Origin: Macrostomum lignano
Taxonomy: Eukaryota
Direction of reading: 5' to 3'
Length of the DNA: 64,000 nt
Assembly: GCA_002269645.1 (NCBI GenBank)
Contig: NIVC01000528.1
Coordinates: 124,001-188,000, forward strand
Shown piece by piece: positions 11,956 through 23,820 of this stretch (position 1 is the first letter of the stretch; every line of letters begins with the position of its first letter). Under the pieces are notes generated by a model. It saw nothing but the letters and a program-made list of their open reading frames with translations, searched no databases and had not been told where the DNA came from. The position numbers and the translations under genes are program-made.

Positions 11956-14900
11956 AAATATTCGGATCCCCAATTTAGTGCTGATGAGGATTGTTAGCTT
12001 TTATAAACAAGAAGCAAGAAACTCTGGGTCAGCTGACCTGAAGGCCATGGGGCAGTTCAGTGGGCTGTCTGGTGTGTAATTTCTATTTTTAGCGCACCCA
12101 GCAGCCCGTCCCAGTTAGCAGTCACCCTTGCAATGGAAAATTCCACTGTCTATAACATTCGCAACGCACATCAGATTTCTTCCCAACCTTCACATGTCAG
12201 GCATCAATTCGCTGGACCCAGATCGCCTTTTCAAATCCATCTGCACACTCGTACTGTTTCAATCTATAAAAATTACCTGGAAGCGATATCCAATTGGAAG
12301 GCGCTATTTTTGCTTTTGCTTTGACTTTGTTGTCAAATTAAAATTCTACTTGGCGTCTTGGCCTGACTAAGCTGGTATGACTGCTAGAACTTAGAAGCAT
12401 TGTATTAGAAGGCACCTAAACGCAGAGCCGCTCTCTCGCAGACCAAATTAGCTCTGGCTAAGTAGAAGTAGAAGTTAGGTCTGTTTTTCGGGGCGCGGCT
12501 CCGCCCCAGTTCGAACCCTGGACAACTTGTACATAGCCTGGGCCTTTAACCAGCGTGTCAATGCCTGACCAGATGAAAGTGTACAGCGCCTAATTACGAG
12601 TAGTACACGTCGAAAAGTTTTGATAACAAAATAGCTGAAAGTTCTATTTTGATTGCTTTTCCTGCACGGCAAGAGTTTCAGTATTTGCAGGTGCTTTGCA
12701 TTCTGTGCTTGTACGACTCGTAGAACTCGTGGCAGATTAGTTTGCCTGCACCCCAGCAAAGTAAACATTTTTATATCTGCAGTTCATTGTCAATGCGCGA
12801 TCACTTTCTAAAGGTTCCTTCAACGAGCCGCAGAAGCACCTACCACTACTGTCTACTTGAACAGCTTTATGAATCGTTATTAATCTTGTATAGCAGCATG
12901 ACTGACTTCGAACGGTAAACGCCCCATCAATTTTTGAACATGCTAGAGGCTAGAGCTCATTGGATAGGCCGACTCAACTCTGCGGGATAAGAAAGTTCCC
13001 AGTGAGTCATATCGCAACTGCTGAAAATAGAAGAGAACACAGTCACAGACAAGCTCAATCCCGCGACTGGGTCTTTGTTCGCAGGTCGCAGTTATCACAG
13101 AGAAAAGAAATTCGATTGTTATGCAATCCCGCAGGATTTGGCACCAATTTCAGCGACCCGGCGATGGGCTATAGGGCCGATAGGGGAGTTGAAACTCAAT
13201 GCCAATGGCATACAAAGACAGGCCACACCAGAGCAGCACAAAGACCTTAGTCCCTGCTTCTCCCATGCCCTGGCCGTGGCAATCTTTGTTTGAATGAAGT
13301 GGCCCATGCCACGCGACGCGACCCCCCGTTAGCCTGTGAGTCATCCTTAGGGCCCAGCACGTAACCCGGCCCATTCGAGCGGCTGTCCCACCAGGGACCG
13401 GGAATCTCCGAAACGGGGGTTTTCCAATTGGATGTGACTGATCCTACTGCTTAATAACGATTCTCTCCGGTCGATGACTCAGCCTCAGCTTTAATTCTTT
13501 CTTATCAATAGTCAGTCAAGACTTTTTATACATTGCTAGACACTGCGCAGTATACGCTGCAGAGTAATGAAAACTGAAGGCCAGTGATGGAGGCAGTGGC
13601 GTGGGGACCCACCACAGTGATTAGAATTGCATCGCATCGCATTGCATCGCACGTTCACAAGTTCTCACTGCCGCGAACAGTCCTGGTTTTACTTGAGAGC
13701 AGCGGCTTTGCTACTGCGGCTGGCTAAAAAACCAGAATAGCTGCTGCAAATGTATTCGAAAGCAACCATTTTTGTGGGAGCAATCTCGTTTTAGCAATTT
13801 TATGGCTTTTACTGTAGATTGACGAGCAAACGTTTGGCCATCTGAATGAAAAGGGAGAAGGAGGAAGGAGGGAGGAGAGGACTCGTCCGGAGCAGCGTGC
13901 GGTCCCCAAGGGGACACCTTTTCGAGCGGTACGGCACTGGAAGCGGAGATCGAGCTCAACCGAGGACGCATTGTTCGGTAGGCGGACGAGGCACCAGTAG
14001 AATGCTGTCGACAGAAGACAGATTTAAAAAGAATTACTACACAGAGACAAAACTGCTTTCGATTGCAACCAGTAAAACTCAAATAGCTAAGTCCGAACCC
14101 CTGGCTAGTGCTCGAAGTTAATTAGCATGCTAGCGACTTCTACTACATGAAAATGTATTCCTGCAGCGCCCGATCGTTTTTGACAGTTTGCCCGAGTTAC
14201 TGCAAGCAAAAGAATACTAAACAGAACAGCGCCGCAACCTTCTAGTGCTTTCTGCCAGTCGGAGGCCAGAGGCGGTAGAGACTGCATGGCTGGCTGGGGC
14301 AGACAGGCAGATCGGCACTGAGCTCTGTGGCAGATTGAACGACCTCGCCACCCCGTCCTCCCTTGACGACCGCCCGACACAGGAAGCTGCGCCATCTCAG
14401 CTCCCCTACCTGTGCAAATAATGCTGACAGGAATAATGAAGTCTTCTTCATGAAGAGCTTGCGTACAGATAAGAAAAAGGCTGCGATAAGACTGCTCTCG
14501 CGCACAGAGCAATGGCAAATCTGGGGATCAGCTGACTCGCTTCAGGCAGCCAAGCCGAGCTCCCCCAGGAAGCGGGACAGGAGAGGGAGGGAGACAGCTG
14601 GGAAGAAAAATTCTAAGCACGAGCTCCCACTCTCAAGCCATGGCGTGCTCAGCTCCCAATGCTCCCCTGTCCCAACAGGCTTATCGACTTCCAAATATGG
14701 CAGCTCAGGCCTAGCACAGGCTTCCTCTCGCCCTGCCTTCCCTACTGCCCAAATCCCTCGCCCTAGCAACCCGAGAGCTTCCTCCCCACCCACGCAGGGC
14801 CGGCGCCTGCATGGGGCAGGACAACAGCAGCGCCAAGCATTTGCTGCATGCACTTCTGCCCCGCTGCAAAACTGCTTGGCTTTGCGTTTCACCGAGCGCA

Positions 14901-15174
14901 CAAAAACATTTGGCTTTGACCCGAAACTGCTGACGCCAGCCCCCACACGCTCCCGCTGAATGAGCTGAGCTCAGCGACTTTGCTACAGCTCCAATTAGTA
15001 GTGCAAGGCTCTGAGGATCTGCTGTTGCCGGGCTCTTTGCAATTCCTCACTGGAACATAAAGTGAAACGGAAAAATTTTGGCAAAAGGAAAAGTCTCTTT
15101 TTGATTGCTTCTAATCTGCTTTAAATCACGAAAAATTTAAGTGAGCGAAATCGGTCAGTTTTCTCAGCTTGTCT

Positions 15175-15710
15175 GCTTCACTCACTCTCCCTGCCTCCCT
15201 CACTCTCACTCATCTGCCTCCCTCACTCACCTGACTCCCTCACTCACCTGCCTCCCTCACTCTCACTCTTCTGCCTCCCTCACTCTCACTCTTCTGCCTC
15301 CATCACTCACCTGCCTCCCTTCTCATTCATCTGCCTCCCTCACTCACCTGCCTCCCTTCTCACTCATCTGCCTCCCTCACTCACCTGCCTCCCTCACTCA
15401 CCTGCCTCCCTCACTCACCTGCCTCCCTCACTCACTTGCCTCCCTCACTCATCTGCCTCCCTCACTCACCTGCCTCCCTCACTCACCTGCCTCCCTCACT
15501 CATCTGCCTCCCTCACTCACCTGCCTCCCTCACTCATCTGCCTCCCTCACTCACCTGCCTCCCTCACTCACCTGCCTCCCTCACTCACCCGCCTCCCTCA
15601 CTCACTCACCTGCCTCCCTCACTTACTCACCTGCCTCCCTCACTCACCCGCCTCCCTCACTCACTCATCTGCCTCCCTCACTTACTCACCTGCCTCCCTC
15701 ACTCTCCCTG
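15175..15710. repeat. Degenerate CT-rich tandem repeat (CACCTGCCTCCCTCACT-type)
   Basis: Tandem periodicity. Confidence 0.9.
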
Positions 15711-16350
15711 CTTTTATTTCGACTTCGCTCCCGTTAGCGGGAAGATCTTAGTCCTGGAACACCTGTCCCTTTGATTGGTGCACAGGTGTCCATATGTTTT
15801 GCCAATATCATAATTGCAAGCGGGTCCTCATCGCCAAAATGCAAACACTCGACGCCTGAAAAATTAATCTTGAGATTGACGGCCAATCTCAATTTCCAAA
15901 TTCTTTGAACAGAACAAACAGCCTCTTCTAGGCGACGATGCAATCAAATCCCGTAGAGAAAATTCATCTCTTGAAATTTGCCAAGCCAAGCAATTTTTGT
16001 CTCTCGTAGAATTTTCAGTTCTTTGAAATTGCCTTATTTAGTTTCGCTATTTTAAAAATGTTCTATATCTTCTACTGATGTAGTAAAATAGTAGCACGAT
16101 ATGTATTTTATTCTATTTTTTATGATCCACGTACTGTCTAATGGAATCAAAAGAAGAGCCATGATGATATGTAATAACATTTTTTAAACTTCTGGTCCAG
16201 GAAGCGTTGTATTCGCGATTTGAGGGTGTAACACAAAATTGTCCCAAGGCAGTTACCTTCCGCGAAACAATACATTTATACACTGCCAACTCAATTGTCT
16301 AGGTCTAATATCATATCATTGTAGCAAGTAAACAAAATTCAGAGGTGACA

Positions 16351-17248
16351 TTAGGGCGGCGGGGTCTTCCAGATAAGGTAAACCCGGTTGCCAAGCTTGA
16401 AGAAGAAGCTCATCTCCGGCTCGTGGCTGTAGCTGGCAAAGTATTGGCCCATCACTATGACCACCTGCCATAGCTTGCCGAACTCAGCATCCAGGTGCTG
16501 CTTGATGTCGTTGGAGATGTCGCGCTCGTCGCGGAACCGGCCGGAAGCGCGTCGGACACTCTCCACGATGATGACCTGCATCCACTCTGCCATGCTGGAG
16601 CTGATCACCGTGACCTCGGCCGGTAGCCCGCCCTGCACCTTGCGACGATACATGCGCCTGCGGACGGGATTCCGCTACGTCTAAGTACGAGCGCGTAGGA
16701 TTAACATATCTGTAGCACCATCGAGGGTTGCACAGATCCCAAGAAGTTTTTATATATAAGTTTTTATATGCGAGCTACTGAAAAACGATTCCAAACACCC
16801 CAAAGGACACCAAATAAAGGATTCCGAGTACTCGTACAATCATATTTCTTACGCATTTTTCATTTGCAGTCCAAGTACTTCACAGAACTCGTCCAAGCTG
16901 ATGACACCATCGCTGTTTAAGTCGAACATTTTGAGCCATTTCTGTGAATTTGATAGAAATGGTGGGTTGCTGACTAAAATATGCACATGTAGAGAAAGAC
17001 ATATATACAGGCAGACAGGTAAATAGACAGCTCACTTTGATGAAGCTCTCCTGAAAGTTGTTCTTCTTCATGTAGTTCCGCAGCTCCTCGACCGTGATGG
17101 TTTCGCTGCCGTCCTCGTCAATGGCGATGAAGGCATCCAGGAAGGGGTTCGCCTCAATGACGGGCTCGTCCGGCTTCGCGGTGGGCGGCGGCGAGCGCAG
17201 GTGGTGCGTGTGGCGGTAGACGCTCGCCAGGTCCGGCTTGGCTTCCAT
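16351..17248 (-). CDS. Tegumental allergen-like (TAL) protein, ~202 aa: two EF-hands plus C-terminal dynein light chain (LC8-like) domain; exons 17248-17036, 16941-16853, 16657-16351
   Basis: Exon 1 has DEDGSETITVEEL, exon 2 KWLKMFDLNSDGVISLDEF, exon 3 DISNDIKQHLDAEFGKLWQVVIVMGQYFASYSHEP; GT-AG junctions give compatible phases (0, then 2, using the CAG at 16660-16658). Confidence 0.85.
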
Positions 17249-18419
17249 GGCCTCACAGGGTCCAACTCGGCTGATCGAGCTTCGGCTTTGAGTCCGTCTC
17301 AAAGTTGTTGGAGCGTTTCAAAATGGGCGCTGCTGTCTGGGCCTCTCCTGGTGTCTCTCGTGTCTCCTTCGCTGTCTGGCCTCTGCGTTTTAACCACCAA
17401 TGCAGCCCTCCGTCTCGCAGTGCTTGGGCGGCCCCACCCACCCCGCCCCCTTCATCACCCGCACTAAATATTCCAACACGTCCCACCCCTGCACCCTGTC
17501 TGCTATTGTATGAAAGCGCCTAAATGAGCCCGAGCAGCTCCTCCTACCCAGGGCTTCTCTCTCTCTCTCCCTCTCTCTCTGAATTGCATTTTGATAAGTT
17601 GCCCAACATTGCACGGCGGCTTTATGCGAAGCGCTTGCAGCTCGGCTGCTTGTTTATGGCTATTAGCAAGTATTTTTTATTCTTGTCATCTTTTAAAGAT
17701 GGGCTTTTGGCCAATTCAGCAGCTACGAAACAGTCAGCTGATTTCACAGAATATACCTTTATGTGGATTTCACACAAAAACTATGAAATTTCTTAATCTG
17801 AGTTGCTCATTCAGCAGGATTTTCTTCTAGGGGTTATGGGCTCTGACCAACTTTGCTGTCAAGAGGAGAGAATAAACTTCCCAATTGATGAAGAACTCCG
17901 ATTTCGACGCTATGGCATCAATTCTTAGAAAGTCGGCGCTCTCAAAGCGTTGCAAAGTGTGCTGTTTTAACACAGATTCCAGCCGCGTTGAAATTCAGCG
18001 CACTCAAGCAGCTCTTAGCGGCCATAAATCTTGCTGCGCCTCGCTCTGATTCAATGTGAACTGGCAGTGCTAAATATTCTGCTCTCAAGGGGCTTCTGTT
18101 TCGGCACAATAAGCAATTTTATGCCAGGTAGCATTTTCCATTCCAAAGGCGCCCCAAGACAAGAGTTTTGTCTTGCAGGCAGGGTGCGGCTTTTTGGAAT
18201 TTTGTGGAATTTACTCAACTTATTTATTTCGGGACTGCGTGTTCGGGTCAGGTGCAGTTGTAGGTGCAGCAGCAGGCTTGTTAGAATGCAGCTCACTTTG
18301 CATGCGCAAGCCTCACTGGCAACCTCTAGGCTAGGGGAATTCGAGACTGAGACACCGCCCCCGATTGCGATGGCGATGGAGAGTAGGGGTAGCACTATCA
18401 TTCTCATAGGGGTATGAGA

Positions 18420-18830
18420 ATAGGAGAGAGAAGGAGAGGGAGAGAAGGAGAGAGGGAGACGGAGAGAAGGGGAGGGGGAGAAAGAGAGGGAGAGAAGGGA
18501 AGGAGAGGGAGTGAAGGAGAGTGAGAGAAGGAGAGGGAGAGAAGGAGAGAGAGAGAAGAAGAGGGAGAGAAGGAGAGGGAGAGAAGGAGAGTGAGAGAAG
18601 GAGAGTGAGAGAAGGAGAGTGAGAGAAGGAGAGTGAGAGAAGGAGAGGGAGTGAAGGAGAGGGAGTGAAGGAGAGTGAGAGGAGAGGGAGAGAAGGAGAG
18701 GGAGTGAAGGAGAGTGAGAGAAGGAAAGAGAGAGAAGGAGAGAGAGAGAAGAAGAGGGAGTGAAGGAGAGTGAGAGAAGGAGAGAGAAGAAGAGGGAGAG
18801 AAGAAGAGGGAGAGAAGGAGAGGGAGGGGA
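18420..18830. repeat. AG-rich polypurine low-complexity repeat
   Basis: GGAGAGNGAGAGAA-type units. Confidence 0.9.
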
Positions 18831-19307
18831 TAGAAAATAGGAGAGAACCGTGGGTTGGATTGCAGAGCCATGTTTTAAAAAAATCCTGTCAAAGATGATC
18901 ACAGTGAGAGAAGTCAGGCAGGGGAGAGACTGGTTATAGAAAATGACAGGAAAGGTCAGGGAGAAGAAGAAGCTGTTTTTCGCAGCCCAGAAACCTGACT
19001 CAGCTGCAGCGCTACTTCTACTTCCAGCCTGGTTTATCTGCTCTGATTTTAGCGCCAGACTGGGGCGGCTGAGTGACCGAAGACAAGGATTTATTGAAAC
19101 CAGACTGACAGGAGCAGTCGAACGGGCAGCTGAAATGTCGAGCTTTGCAAATATTGACCCCACCTGCCTGCCAGCCCGACTTCACTGACGGGTTCGGGCA
19201 TTTATTCGTGGGACAGGATATTCGGTGAGCTCGCATTGGCACAGCCGCAATGCAAACTGTAGAAAAGGTCGGCTACAAAACCTGCCTCAAGACTCAAGAT
19301 GTCGCTG

Positions 19308-19682
19308 GCTCAGGATACCCGACTCAGGATACCCGACTCAGGATACCCGACTCAAGATACCCGACTCAAGATACCCGACTCAGGATACCCGACTCAGGAT
19401 ACCCGACTCAAGATACCCGACTCAGGATACCCGACTCAGGATACCCGACTCAAGATACCCGACTCAGGATACCCGACTCAGGATACCCGACTCAAGATAC
19501 CCGACTCAAGATACCCGACTCAAGATACCCGACTCAATATACCCGACTCAAGATACCCGACTCAAGATACCCGACTCAAGATACCCGACTCAAGATACCC
19601 GACTCAAGATACCCGACTCAAGATACCCGACTCAAGATACCCGACTCAAGATACCCGACTCAAGATACCCGACTCAGGATAC
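19308..19682. repeat. 14-bp minisatellite (GATACCCGACTCAA/G)
   Basis: Tandem periodicity. Confidence 0.95.
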
Positions 19683-20563
19683 TCAGCTCAGTCTATATGC
19701 CATTTATCATGCTATGCCTGGGATTTGACACCCAAAGTCAAGAAGTGTGAATGAAGTTTGTCTATTCCAGATAGACTGGCTCACAAATACCCTGATTCAG
19801 AATGAGCCATAAGCTTTTAATCTTCACTTGAGAATTCGATAACGGCTGAGGAGTTCGAGTGGCCCAAGGGGTGCAGGTGAACAGAAACAGGTGTTTGGCA
19901 GAGATCAATCAGCCTAATAATCGAAATCCTCAGATTGGCGCAAAATTTTCCCTGCATAGACGGAGTAGAAAAAGTGGCGATGGATTGCAGTTGAGAAAAT
20001 GCTGAATGGCACTCGGAGCATTCAGCAGTCGTGTTTTGCGATTCAACAGCAAAGCCACTCAGCCTCGCGCTCAACGGGATTCAATGCTGGGAAATCGAGA
20101 AGGTGAGGCCTTTCAACCGGGGCTTTTGAGTCCGGCGAATGAAGCCCCCTGAGCCAGCTGCCACCTGCTTCCCTTCAGGAGTTTTTCACGAAAATGCATC
20201 AACAGAGCGACAGGAGACTGACTGCTCAGGGGCTTCCAAGGTTCGAGAGCTAACTCTTTGGACAGCTGATGCTGTTTTTATTCCAAGGGTAAAAAAATCG
20301 CCACCTGTGAAGCTGTTTATCCCCGGCGAGGAGGAGCGGTCAAGTCGACGCCATTTTGAATGCCGATATGAAAAAACTAACTTAGCACTCTTGGGCTGAT
20401 GGCGCCCCAGCATGGTAGAAATCTGAAGTGAAATTGAGGCCAAATTCTCCTCAGGTTTGTCCTTCTTCATCAGCTGGATGAAGTCGTCATCGACTGGGTC
20501 GCTTTCACAAGCTCGGAATTTCGTATCGTTGAAAAATAAAATCGGCTTTTGTTGTTGAAGATT

Positions 20564-21071
20564 CGAGCTTATGAAGGTTCGAGCTTATAAAGGTTCGAGC
20601 TTATGAAGGTTCGAGCTTATGAAGGTTCGAGCTTATGAAGGTTCGAGCTTATGAAGGTTCGAGCTTATGAAGGTTCGAGCTTATGAAGGTTCGAGCTTAT
20701 GAAGGTTCGAGCTTATGAAGGTTCGAGCTTATGAAGGTTCGAGCTTATGAAGGTTCGAGCTTATGAAGGTTCGAGCTTATGAAGGTTCGAGCTTATGAAG
20801 GTTCGAGCTTATGAAGGTTCGAGCTTATGAAGGTTCGAGCTTATGAAGGTTCGAGCTTATGAAGGTTCGAGCTTATGAAGGTTCGAGCTTATGAAGGTTC
20901 GAGCTTATGAAGGTTCGAGCTTATGAAGGTTCGAGCTTATGAAGGTTCGAGCTTATGAAGGTTCGAGCTTATGAAGGTTCGAGCTTATGAAGGTTCGAGC
21001 TTATGAAGGTTCGAGCTTATGAAGGTTCGAGCTTATGAAGGTTCGAGCTTATGAAGGTTCGAGCTTATGAA
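20564..21071. repeat. 16-bp near-perfect minisatellite (GAGCTTATGAAGGTTC)
   Basis: About 31 nearly identical units. Confidence 0.97.
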
Positions 21072-22020
21072 AACGCTCCTTGAGACCTTAGGAAACTCGG
21101 CAAGCTTCATTCAAGCTGAACAATGGATGCGACACGAGAAACGGAGTGATAAAGAAGGTGAGAAAAGGTAAAGAATGTGAGGATGAGGCCGGAGGTGGCT
21201 GCCAGCGCTGACGCGGAGTCCCAGAGCGGCGAAAAGCCTTCGGACAAGCCGGGAATTGGAAATTTGCGACAAAATCCCAGGAAGCAGACAGCGCAGAGCC
21301 TGTCGGAAATTTCCAGAAAATAAGGGAAAACACCGACACCCCAGTGGCCGGCTCAACTGCTTCAGGTGCGGCCCGTCCTTCCGCTCCACTAATTTGGCCT
21401 GGCAGGAAGACCAGGTGAGGCGGAGTATCTTCTTCCTCTGCTTGAAGCTCCGGCTATCTGAAATTGCCTTCCTGTTTGGCTCGCCCAGCTGAGGCCGAGG
21501 GCTCTGCCGCTGCAGCTGCTGCCGAAGTGTCTGAGAGGGTCCTCAAGTATTCTCTCTGTCTGCCTCTCAGCACGCAAAATATGACACTCCTTCGCCTCGA
21601 GAATTTACATTTCAACTGCAGAGCAGTCACCAACTGCATGCCTCACAGCGGTATGGTGCACTGAGGCCCTGTTTGCATCCGAGCTGGGGACGGAGGCCAA
21701 GGGGGCGCCACGCCCCAAAATTGGTTGGGGGCTGTCGAGCGCTTCACAGCCATGATGTCAGTCCGAAGCCACAGACAGTGTACATGCCTGATGATTGCAA
21801 AGCCAGGGCCGCTGTGCACCCTGTGAGAGCGAGTGCATGAGTGCCTGCCTGCGCACAGTGTTGGTGCGCTTGTGTGCTCAGGAGTCTGCGGAATGAGCAG
21901 AATCGCCTCAGCGCTGGTTTATGGGACCATGTTGCCAAAGGCGTTGCGCCAAGGTGCCCTCCTGCAAATTTTTATTTTGTTTTTTACATATCCTACACGC
22001 ATCTTAAAACTTATACTGTC

Positions 22021-22329
22021 TCATCCCACGCCATCTGATCTCACCCCATCTGATCTCACCCCATCTCATCTCACCCCATCTCATCTCACCCCATCTCATC
22101 CCACCCCATCTCATCTCACCCTATCTCATCCCACCCCATCTCATCTCACCCCATCTCATCCCACCCCATCTCATCTCACCCCATCTCATCCCACCCCATC
22201 TCATCTCACCCCATCTCATCTCACCCCATCTCATCCAACCCCGGGCCATCTCATTCCACGCCATCTCATCCCAGGCCATCTCATCCCACCTCATCTCATC
22301 CCACATCATCATCCCACCCCATCTCATCC
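22021..22329. repeat. 15-bp minisatellite of the same family as 1-588
   Basis: CATCTCATCCCACCC units plus the same variant block CAACCCCGGGCCATCTCATTCCACGC. Confidence 0.93.
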
Positions 22330-23820
22330 CAAGACAAATATTATGATATTACTTTAATTAATATTACTTCATTACTATTATTTCTGATCACATCCTGTGC
22401 GTGATTTAACAAGCAAGGTAAGGACTACAAGTAGATAAATAAGCGCACATTGGCAGAAGAGCGCCAAAACCGCAGTGGCTTTCAAAGCCCGGCACGAAAC
22501 GCGGCCTGGACCGGCCTCCTTCAGTCCTGGCGACACAGGTAGCGGCTTGGTTTGCAGAGGATGGAGTTATGTAGACTGTACGCTTATTGGTAAAAACTGC
22601 AACACACACAACGGGGAAAAACATTTTAGAACTTTTACCGGTGATGGCGCAATCTTAATACATCTAAAAGCTGTGGCGTGGCAGCTGCATATTGATCAGA
22701 TAATGAGAGCTTTCAGCCTCCACATCATCTGGTCAAGAGAATGGTCGAAATGAATTTCGGAACTTTGAATCTTCCAAACTACGTATAATTCCCCTAGTGC
22801 GCCTGAATCACTGACCGTACATGGAAGGTTGGAAAGCTGAAATAAATTTGTTATTGACTTTTAGACTCAATCCCATGTTCTCACATGTTTCTCAGACCGA
22901 CCGCTCAGCAGCCTCTGGCTGCGCTGATTGGCTCTGCCCGATGCAGTGGATCTGCGCCCAGCATGATAACTTGCCGCTCGGCCAGCATCTCTCATCATCG
23001 CTTGCCAGAATCGGGTCTACGCAAGAGAAGCTGCACCAGGCGGCAAACTCATTTTCCAGACTAATTGTGAGTTGCATTCGCGATGTATCATTCATGCTAA
23101 CAATTTACCTGCGATCCAAGCATCACTTATATTGTAGGTTGTAGATATTTACACAATCTGATGTAGATTTAAGCTTCTCTCTAGATTAAAATATTGCATA
23201 TGTACAGAATCTCTTTATAAATATCGTTGCCTCATTGGCGTAGGTGTGCTGAATCCTGTGCTAAGAATTTTATTTGACTTCAAATTGCGTATTTGCAATA
23301 ATTTGCAAAATAATCTGCAGACAAAATCGCAAGTCTCAAACATTATCCCCCAATGCACTTGTTGGCCCAGCTGTCCATCAGCTCAGACGCATGAACTGCC
23401 CGCCCCTGATTCCTGTAAAATTTAACTTCGTCACGATTACTGAGGAAGCAGCCGCCATTGTTCCAGCGCGGCGAGACGAGTGAGAAAGAATAGCCAAAAA
23501 ATCCCAAATTCAGTAAAAACTAAGAGTGGCTTTCAGTCATCCAGCGGTGCTGCATAGAACTAATGCAGTCAGTAGTCATCATTTCTCCATCAAGCAGACA
23601 AGCGGGCCCCAAGCAGGACTGTAAATAACAGGGTTCTCGACCGCTAATGCCATAGTGCGGGCCGTGCCGGGACAAAGGCGATCGGGGAGGCTCTATATTT
23701 AGCGAGTGCTGGCCAGACAGACATTCGCTCACCGAGTCGCATTTTGTCACGAAGTTCTAGTTCCATCGATAGAAATCCCGCTTCTGCACACATTCAACTG
23801 ATTTCAGCGACCGCTTCAGC

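Noticed and set aside
12450-12525. A-box/B-box-like pair (TGGCTAAGTAG…GTTCGAACCC), and an A-box-like stretch at ~47672
   Set aside because: No cloverleaf can be folded; at most SINE-head remnants
20186-21640. Possible exons on the minus strand around the 16-bp array (…DPVDDDFIQLMKKDKPEENL…)
   Set aside because: No consistent splice model or family motif could be established by eye
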